Assembly (NCBI GenBank): GCA_964016885.1
Contig: OZ024741.1
Location: 108,066,001-108,130,000 of the forward strand
Direction: 5' to 3'
Length of the DNA: 64,000 bases
Origin: Eledone cirrhosa
Lineage: Eukaryota
The position numbers and the translations under genes were made by a program. Position 1 is the first letter of the stretch. The number at the start of each line of letters is the position of its first letter. This document shows, one piece after another, positions 54,335 through 64,000 of the stretch. The notes below the pieces were generated by a model that was given only the letters and a program-made list of their open reading frames with translations, did no database searches and was not told the origin of the DNA.

Positions 54335-54764
54335 TTTGTATGTATATGTGTGTTGAAACTTAATAGCGTTAAAATGAGCAGTTTGGAAGATCTGTGACTA
54401 CCGTATGTAGATGAAGTTGATTGCAAACTGGCCAGTAAATAGAAAATACAATTTCTCTAAATATGAAATTCGTGTAGTTCAGCTATGGGTGATACACATG
54501 AGGGGTTTGGGGTTATGATGTTTTATTGTGTGCTGTGAAAAGGAACCTACATGAGATGAAGTTTTAGTCACATTCCAAGCGATTTTTCGTGTGTTAAATA
54601 CGAAGCGGAGCCCGAACAAATTTCATCTCCAAGCGGTGGTCCCTGGGAAAGCATTTGTTATAATGCTCTATTAGTGAGGTTCTGTGTATGAAAAAAATAT
54701 GAACGATAACATACATACATACACACATACATGTACGCATACATACATAAATACATACATGCAT

Positions 54765-57700
54765 ACATGATGGCTGCCCCCTCGTTATCGAGTATGGCCA
54801 TTGCACGAGAAAAAAAAATATATATATTTTAATACTAATAATAATAATAATAATAAATAAATAAAAAGAAAATAAAAAAAAGAGAAATATATATATATAT
54901 ATATACATATACACACACATACACACACACACACACACACTCACACACACACACACACACACACATACATTAATAACAATAATAATAATAATAATAATAA
55001 CGACAACAACAATAATAATATACATATACATATATATATACACACACACGCACACACATAAGAATATCTACACACACAAACACACACGATAGCAACTAAC
55101 AGCGCTGCGATCGAATGTGGCTTTTTATCCCAGCCAATGATCTAAAATGTCTTGCACAGAGTCGGCAACCAAAACATTCACTGGGAATAGTCGGCTGTGG
55201 TTGGAGTTCGTGTACTTTTGCATGTCGCTTGAGCACTCCTGTTGATTTACATTCTCTACCACATGTTTGGCAAGCATGATGAGTAGCATCTCCAACAGCA
55301 GCCTGGTAGTCAACCACTGGTCTTTCTTTATGACTGCGAATATGACTTTCGAGTCCAGCTTTGCTTAGGCAGAGTCTCGCACATACGTTGCATGTCAGCA
55401 CCATAGGAGGATCCTCGCCGTCTGGAAGGGCAACAGCAATGCCCTTCCTCACATCCCGCTTTACTTTCTCGTATGCGATTCGAGATGCCTCAAAGGCAAC
55501 TTTTCCCTCATATACAGTCTTTCTCCATTTATTACGATCAGCAGCAATATTCTCCCATGTATCAGCAGAGATGTTAGCGTCTTTCAGAGAGGCTTTCAAG
55601 GAATCCTTATACCTCTTTTTTGGTTTATGTGGCGGTCGTTTTCTTTTAACCAACTCTCCATAAAAGAGTTGTTTTGGTATTCTAGAATCCTTCATCCTGG
55701 CAAGGTGACCACTCCAACGGAGTCGTTGCTTAAGCACAAGAGCTTCTATACTGTCACACATAGAGCTTTCCAAAATCTCGACACTGATGTGGTCCCTCCA
55801 GTGAACGCCATGGATCCGTCTGAGACACATCTGATGGAAACGCTCCAATTGCTTAAGGTGGTGTCGATATGTAACCCAGGTATCGCAGGCATAAAGAAGA
55901 CAAGAGAGCACACATGCCCTGTACACCTTTACCTTTGTCCTCCTGCATATGTCTCGCCGACCCCAGATTCGCATTTCTAGCTTTCCGAAAGCATCACTTG
56001 CTTTCTTAATCCTAAGTGAGATTTCACTGTCAAGGTTGCTGTATCGATTGACAGTGCTTGCCAGGTAGACAAACTGATCAACCGCTCCAAGTCGTTTGCC
56101 ATACACATAGATGTTTGGTTCAGTGTACTGCTTACCAGGGGCAGGTTGGTACATGACGACGGTTTTCTTGAGACTGACAGTCAGACCCAGGGCAGTGGTG
56201 CAAGCGTCAGAAAATGCATTCAAAATGTGCTGCATATCACTCTCTGTGTGCGCTACAAGATCGCAATCATCTGCATACAAGAGGTCTCTTATGATTGATG
56301 TAAACACTTTTGTCTTCGCAGCAAAGCGCCTGATGTTAAATACGCTGCCTGAGGTTCGATATCGAATGTAAACACCATGCTCGCAATTCCTGAATGCAAT
56401 ACAGAAAACCATTGCAAAGTATATGGCAAACAGGGTCGGTGCTGGAATATCCCCCTGCTTCACTCCGTTTTTTACTGAGATAGGCTCCGACATGTTACCC
56501 CCCGACATTAACCCAAGCCTTCATGTCGTCATGGAAAGACCTAACTAAAGCAAGGAACTTATCAGGGCAACCAAGTTTCTGGAGAACCTTCCATAAGGCA
56601 TCTCTGTTAACAGTATCGAAAGCTTTTGTCAGATCGACAAAAACCTGATACAGATCCAAGCCTTGTTCCATGCACTTCTCCTGGAGCTGTCTAGCTGAGA
56701 AGATCATATCAGTAGTGCCGCGTCCAGCACGAAAACCAGATTGACTTTCAGGAAGAACACAATCTGCAATGTGTGTCAGCAGACGGTCCAGAAACACCCT
56801 ACATAAAACTTTCCCTACGACAGAAAGCAATGATATACCTCTGTAGTTCCCACAATCGTTCCTGTTACACTTTCCCTTGTACAAGACCACCATTACTGCA
56901 TCTCTCCAGTCCTCAGGTACGGATTCATTAGCCCATATCCTGCCAAACAAAGAGTGAAGATGTTGCAGGAGTCTCTCACCACCATATTGTAGGAGCTCAG
57001 CATGTATGCCATCCATACCTGGAGATCTTCCACTGTTCAGCTTCGAAATAGCCACTGCAACCTTCACAAGCGTCGGAGGTTCTGCGAGAGCTACTTTCAC
57101 AGGACTTTCTGGAATGAGATTGAGGAAATCTTCACTGACGACAGACGGATGATTCAAAAGATCATCAAAGTGCTCTCGCCACCTTCGTAGAATTCCTTGT
57201 GAGTCACGAAGAAGTTCTTTGCCATCCTTGCTGCGAAGCGGTGTCACCAGAGAAGAAGACGGTCCATAAACCTCACGCAAGAGACTGTATAACAGCTTTG
57301 TGTTATTGGAATCAGACGCAGTTTGTATCTCACCAGCCTTCTCACTCCACCACTGATCCTTCATCTGAGAAAGACTCCGCTTAACACGTGATTTTACATC
57401 CCTGAGTTCCTCATGCAACGTATTCCTCTCCTGTGGTTTTGCCGTCAAGTAGCGTGACAGAGCACGCCTCTTATCAGCCAACAAGTCTTCTATATGTACA
57501 TCATTCTCATCAAACCAGTCCTGATGTTTCCTCTGCGCCAATCCCAGAACACGCCTGCCTACATCATAAACCGACTTTTTAAGGGTCGGCCATCCTCACC
57601 AAGATCTGCAGCCTGCATCTCTTCTTCCAATGTCCTCTTCACATTTTTATCCTTAATACGAGCAGCATTCAATCTTTTGGGCAGGGCAACACCAGGAGCC

Positions 57701-58070
57701 CGGATTTTACGTTTAGTGATTAGTTTTCTTTTGCGCGTACCAGGCGGTGGTCCGTCCAGCACTCAGCTCCACGAAGAACACGAACACACTGCACATCCTG
57801 TCTGTCACGCATCCTGACTAGGACGTAGTCCAAAAGATGCCATTCCTTAGATGCAGGATGCATCCATGTGGTTTTGAATTTGTTCTTTTGTTGGAACATG
57901 GTGTTGGTAACACACAGATCCAGCTCCTCACACATCTGCAGCAGGAGCATACCATTGCTGTTACACTTTCCCACCCCATGCCTTCCGATTACATTCCATG
58001 TGTTAAAATCTCTACCCACTCTAGCATTAAAGTCACCAAGCACGATGACTTTGTCTGCCTGAGGGATATT
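54765..58070 (-). mobile_element. RTE (BovB-like) LINE, 5'-truncated within APE, a few frameshifts
   Basis: LGDFNARVG..TW.HP..WHLLDY..CWTDH (APE); YRGISLL..ESQSGFR..FVDLTKAFD; GVKQG..LYADD; three C-terminal C2H2-like fingers; 3' tail TGGCCATACTCGATAACGAG..CAGCCATC. Confidence 0.95.
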
Positions 58071-58744
58071 TCTTTTTTTATTTATTTATGAGGGAGCTTA
58101 TAGATAGGACAACACACGCTGTCTTTTCGTGGGGTAAGTTTTTAATTAATTTTTGTATTCTGAAACATCAAAATACAACAATTTGTTGGTCACTGGACTC
58201 GGGAATGTCACGACAGAAGTTTGTGGAAGTTACACAAATATTTTAGTATATTTTAGCAGAGCAATCCTTATTTATATTTTACATTTTACATTTACTTACA
58301 TCTCAATATAACATGGCTAAAATTCAAATTTTGCAAAGAGAAGAAAACGGTTAAATGAACTAGATACATCGCACTGTCCCCCCGCCACCACAATAACTTC
58401 TACACTCTCTCCCCACCATCACATGTCATTACCCTATCTAGACTAAAGTCATCGACCTGTTGTCAAACTCTCTACTCTCTGTTGAATGTGTATATATATA
58501 TATATGTATGTATATGTGTGTATATACATCACTCAGTCAAACGGCCAGATTTCAACCCCAACATCTACAACAACAACACCGGCACTAATGTTTACAGCAA
58601 CAACAGCTTCAGAATGAACTGAAATGAACATTTACAACAACAGCGGCATCAAAAGATAAAAAAAAAGAAAAAGAAGGGGGAAAAAATGCATACATACATA
58701 CATACATACATACATACATACATACATACATACATACATACATA

Positions 58745-59985
58745 CATGGTGGCTGCCAACTCGTTTTCGAGTACGGCCACTACTTTATATCCATGTAGGA
58801 GAACTCCTACCGAAGCGCTGAACGAGTGTGACTTTTTAGTCCAGCCAGCGACTTGAAAACTCTGGTACAAACACTACACTTGTGACAATTATTGACACAT
58901 AGTGCTGGGCCCATGGTACCATGTGACAACAAGTGCAGAGAGATCTCCAGATATAAAGCAATGCCTGTGCCGTGAAGCTTTTATAGTGAGCAAAGGCACT
59001 GCACAAAGCCAGTCCCACTCTCTTAAACAAAATGATATTTACCAAAAAGAAGAACAAGTCAACATCATTGGATACTATCAGAGTTGCAGGTGTTATATCA
59101 GAGTTTTCCTTCTCCTAGAATTCTGCCTTGACAAAGGCTTAGGGGTCATCTCTCCCGGTGATTTTGGATGGCCATTGACTCTTAAGAGCTCCTTTGCCCT
59201 TTGACAGGTTTTATTTTTAGTCCTGCAGGATGTCCAAAGTCACCCTCCTCACCAAGAAACCTTGGTGAGGTTGCCAGTTTAGTCGCCAACGACCCGACCA
59301 TGAGACAGGTTGTACTGGGATACATGTTACCAGTAGCACCAACTGGTGACCTAACATACATACATACATACATACATACATACATACATACATACATACA
59401 TACATACATACATACATGGTGGCTGCCAACTCGTTTTCGAGAATAGCCACTACTTTATATCCATGTAGGAGAACCCCTAACGATGCGCTGAACGAGTGTG
59501 ACTTTTTAGTCCAGCCAGCGACTTGAAAACTCTGGTACAAACACTACACTTGTGACAATTATTAACACATAGTGCTGGGCCCATGGTACCATGTGACGAC
59601 AAGTACAGAGAGATCTCCAGATATAAAGCAATGCCTGTGCCGTGAAGCTTTTATAGTGAGCAAAGGCACTGCACAAAGCCAGTCCCACTCTCTTAACCAA
59701 GATGATATTTACCAAAAAGAAGAACAAGTCAACATCATTGGATGCCATCAGGGTTGCAGGTGTTATATCAGAGTTTTCCTTCTCCTAGAATTCTGCCTTG
59801 ACAAAAGGTAAGGGTTCATCTCTCCCGGGGATTTTGGATGGCCATTGACTCTTAAGAGCTCCTTTGCCATGTTACAGGTTTTGTTTTTAGTCCTGCAGGA
59901 TGTTCAAAGTCACCCTCCTCACCAAGAAACCTTGGTGAGGTTGCCAGTTTAGTCACCAACGACCCGACCATGAGATAGGTTGTAC
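58745..59985 (-). mobile_element. Two tandem ~600-bp non-autonomous RTE-derived elements with (ATGT)n tails
   Basis: Units 58745-59354 and 59415-59985; RTE 5'UTR-like CTAGGAGAAGGAAAACTCTGAT joined to a 3' tail homologous to that of the RTE at ~54770; no RT coding. Confidence 0.8.
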
Positions 59986-60002
59986 ATACATACATACATA
60001 AC

Positions 60003-60660
60003 CCGATTATGAAAAGTATGGTCGTCGGAATTGTCTGCGCACAGTAAAACAGTGGCTCACAATGTGTTTGCTGTGCCTGTCCTAACACCAATGTTTGGAA
60101 TACTCGAGTGGACGATACACGAAATCTGAGCAATTGATGTTAAAACGCGAAAAGTTTTAAGCAACACCGGCAACTTCCACATCAACAGTGACATAGACCA
60201 CCTCTATCTGAAACGTAAGCAAGAAGGCAGAGGCCTAACAACAGTCCAGACAGCATTTGAGTGTCGCATCATATCCCACTGACAACATTTACGAACCTTC
60301 AAGCGAAGGAGGCCATCTACTCAGCAAGTCTGTGTACATGAAACAGAGAAGATTATGAGAGTTGGGAAGGAACTCCTTGAAAGATACTCCCAGCATGATA
60401 ATCAAAAGCTCTCACCATGGGAATTGCCCAACAATACCACAGAGAATCCAGGGATGAAAAAATGCATGCTTATCAGCAAAATATCATGCATGGAAATGTT
60501 GCAGGAAGCCCCAGCGTAATATAGATAAGCAAAGTAGTCTATCTTGGACCAACAACCGCTATATTGGCTTCCACGCTATATTGCAGTCCAAGAACAGGAA
60601 ATCAACACAAAATACCTCATTCACAAAAGCGATAGGTATGCCAGCAAAACACATATGTCT
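60003..60660 (+). mobile_element. R4/Dong-clade LINE fragment
   Basis: HNVFAVPVLTPMFGILEWT..IDVKTRK..FHINSDIDHLYLKRKQEGRGL..QEQEINTKYL. Confidence 0.75.
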
Positions 60661-61162
60661 TTTGTGAATCAGGTATTTTGTGTTAGAATAGACGTGAATC
60701 AGAATAGACGTGTCGACATACCAGAGAGATATGGTCGAAATGCTACTGGTGGCTAGGAGTGTTGAAAGGGATGAACTAACATGATGTATTCGGGAGTAAG
60801 AAGAGGAAGGATGTGTGCCGGACTAACAGAAAAGATGTCCAGACAGTAGAGAAAGTTCATAGATAGAGCAATAGAATGTGGTTTGTCTATGAGTATGTTG
60901 TTAGTGAATATAACGGAGAATTATCCATCAAATTTAGTTGAAATGCTTCGCATAAAGTAATGGAAGATGTCAAAAAAAAAAAAAAGAATGTCAGTTGCTT
61001 GTATTCGTTCCATATCAGTGCGATTTAGCTGACATCATAAGGTAGTCTCTGCCCTCAAAATTTAATGCAATTTACAGTTGCGAAAAAATAACCATTGTGT
61101 ACAGGCGTTAAACTGTAAAATCAACAGCTGCTTTTATACCATGCTTGCGTAATTCGCAGAAA

Positions 61163-61273
<111 letters not shown>

Positions 61274-62544
61274 TAACACCTTCTACACACACACACAGAA
61301 TACCACCGCCACCATGCACTCACAAGCATACACATATACACATATTAGGCTTAGACAGAATCATAAAAATGATGAGAGATGTTTCGAATGTGAACAATGT
61401 AGACATATCGTGGGATGCCATTTAGCCCTGGGTTATTTTCATCTTTATACTCACTCTAAGTCATAATTTTCCATACGTTAGGTTACTATCCCTGAAGTGA
61501 ATTAATAATACTTGTAAATCCCTCCAAAATTTTCATTAATTCATTGCTTGAGGTATCAGAGGCCCAGGTAAATTGACCTTCATGTGCTAAAACAGAAGAC
61601 GAATATTTCAATGTTACCCATACCAGTTTGTAAGAAATAAACCTTAAAATGTGTCTAAATATGTATTTTTCTCATAAAATGATTATATAAAATGAAATAT
61701 AAAAGGAAAAATTGTAATTGTGCAATTGCGGTTTGTCTGTGAAATCACACGAAGACAAATTCTATACAAAGGGTTGACATTTGTGAAGAAATCAAGATTC
61801 AATATTTAGCTTTATATTCTTACAATGGAAAAGAAATTCGTAGTGATAAATCAACAAATTTCTTGTTAACTCAGACATATTCGAAACGAAAATCGATTTA
61901 TTCTGCTTAGAAACAAGCATTGAAGATTTACTATTGATTTGCGGAGTATGTTATAATGTTATTCTCTCTTTGTCTCTGACCACTCTCAGAAAAGAACTGC
62001 ATCATGAATATAAGACAATGTCAAGAAAAATTACAAAGAATCGATGTTTCAGTTTACTCTATATAATGTATTTTTTTAATTTTTTGAAGTAGCATCTCTG
62101 GAAGACATCATCGGATTCATATGGAAAACAAACATGATGAATAGTATTAAAATAGAATTTTATTATTAAAATATGGATTAAATGCCGGAATACAATGCAT
62201 TTTAATCACTTAGAGTAATAATGGCAATGTTATAGATCTGACCACTAATATATTATCTGTCTGTAATTATGCTAGTGGGTGTATTACAGCCAAGTATAAT
62301 TAATTAGTTAGACGTTAAATATTTTTAACTGTAATAAATTTACAGTCTCACAAATCATATTCGATTTCCAGTCTGAGGCCTCTCACAAAATATGTTCTAT
62401 AGTTTTAAGAGTATGAAATATAAATACATCAATTCTATAGCAGGAAACGTTCCCTTGTAGGAATTTAACCCAACACAACCAACAAAGCAGCGAAACCCAC
62501 GTCAGTGTGTCAAAGTTGCAGCCTTCTTTTACAGCGGTGACATA

Positions 62545-63402
62545 CGAGGTCTGTCAGAAACGTTCCAGGACTGATGTCACAAAAGATTTATTTCAAACCC
62601 AAACTTCACACTAAGAGTTTTCTCCTTCAAAGTAATCCTCCTGGAGTATGTAACTGTAATCTTAGCTCTCTGCAGCGATCACATTTTTTCTTCATAATTT
62701 TATATACATATCCTCTGTTTCATGTCGTCAAGCAATGAGCACAGAGCAACGAACAAACTTGAAGTTTCTGGTACGGTTGGGGAAAACTCCGCCAGAGGGC
62801 ACTGGGATTGCTGCAGCAAGTGTATGGAGATGAGACGATGTCACGCTCACGTGTTTTTGAGTGGTGCAAGATGACCCCAAGAGCGGAAGGCCCTCAACAA
62901 CCAGGACTGAGGTCAACGTTGAGCGCGTCAGGCAGATCGTTCGTAGCGATCGTCAGCTGATTGTTCGACAGATGGCAAATGAGCAGGGCATGAATCGGGA
63001 CAACGTCTGGAAGATTCTCACTGAAGATTTGGACATGCGGAAAGTCTGCGCGAAGACGGTGCCAAAACTGCTGAACGATGACCAGAAGGGTCGACGCATG
63101 CAAGTGTGCCAGGACATCCTCGAGCGTCTTCAAACTGAACCAGACTTGCTAGGGACAGTCATCACCGCTGATGTGTTATGGATCTTCGAGTACGACCCGG
63201 AGGGGACCCGTTTTGAAGACGTGGACATCAAAAAGGCCGTGACAACGGAACTGCGGAGGATCCCGGAAGAATCCTTCCGGGAGTGCATGCAAACGGGGCA
63301 GAAAAGGATGGAAAAGTGCATTAGATTCCAGGGGGATTACTTTGAAGGAGAAAACTCTTAGTGTTAAGGACATCAGTCCTGGAACTTTTCTGACACACTT
63401 CG
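62545..63402 (+). mobile_element. Internally deleted mariner transposon
   Basis: TA-CGAGGTCTGTCAGAAACGTTCCAGGACTGATGTC ... GACATCAGTCCTGGAACTTTTCTGACACACTTCG-TA; SGRPST..VPKLL..ITAD..WIFEYDPE joined directly to GTRFED..KCI..GDYFE. Confidence 0.95.
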
Positions 63403-64000
63403 TATAACTTGTAATTGTTAAGATTGGGCTGTTGTTGGGAAGTTATCTTTATATCAACCTAATTGGCTACTCGATATTCTGGTATCGTGTTACGATTGCG
63501 AAGATATCATCAGACATCCGACTTTCGAATCTTGTCAGTCACTATTTCAGCATAAATTATTTTTTGTTTATCTTAATCCTTTTGTATATGGGAGAAATCA
63601 ACACCATAATGATTATCCTTGCAAAATTGTGAATCTTACACCATCACAGCTTCAATATATCTTATAATAATGAGCCATTTTGTCTATTTAAATAGAAATA
63701 CGTATTCTGAGAGGAACAACAAATAAGGACTAGATTCATCTAAACTTGGCTGTAGAAGAGAGAAATGTTTGAAGATATTTCATTTTACTGACGCCGTTAT
63801 ATTCTTTAGGAAATGGACGACCGACACAACTTCTTTATGCCTACAGTAAAATATAAGGTTTTCTGTCCAGATAAGGACAGCAGCTTTATAATAATAGGAA
63901 AGAAATTCGGCAGCCACTGACCGAAGGTAACGAAGTTTTCAACAGCAATCAGCCTGAACAGAAATATAGTCATAAGAGACTGGAATTTAATCATATAACT

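Overview
Gene-free, AT-rich eukaryotic (animal) DNA dominated by (TA)n/(CA)n/(TACA)n microsatellites and transposable elements. The SINE types and repeat landscape suggest a coleoid cephalopod such as Octopus (inference from recalled repeat consensus, not verified). No intact host gene was recognised. Recognisable elements: four Penelope-like elements (PLEs; RT and/or GIY-YIG remnants at ~8.5-10.6, 33.6-36.2, 40.3-44.1 and 45.1-45.5 kb), four RTE LINE copies, CR1-, Tx1/L1- and R4-like LINE fragments, a hAT and a mariner DNA transposon with TIRs/TSDs, and tRNA-derived SINEs. The main non-obvious signal is a dense set of type I hammerhead ribozyme (HHR) motifs read by eye: about a dozen with full folds plus several decayed or half copies, from roughly ten unrelated repeat families. 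Some lie in PLE pseudo-LTRs; others lie in short non-coding, often fold-back insertions within (TA)n tracts. They include recurrent non-canonical cores (U4A, U4C, U3-A8). A candidate HDV-like ribozyme marks the 5' end of a tandem non-autonomous RTE derivative. All RNA folds are manual predictions, untested.
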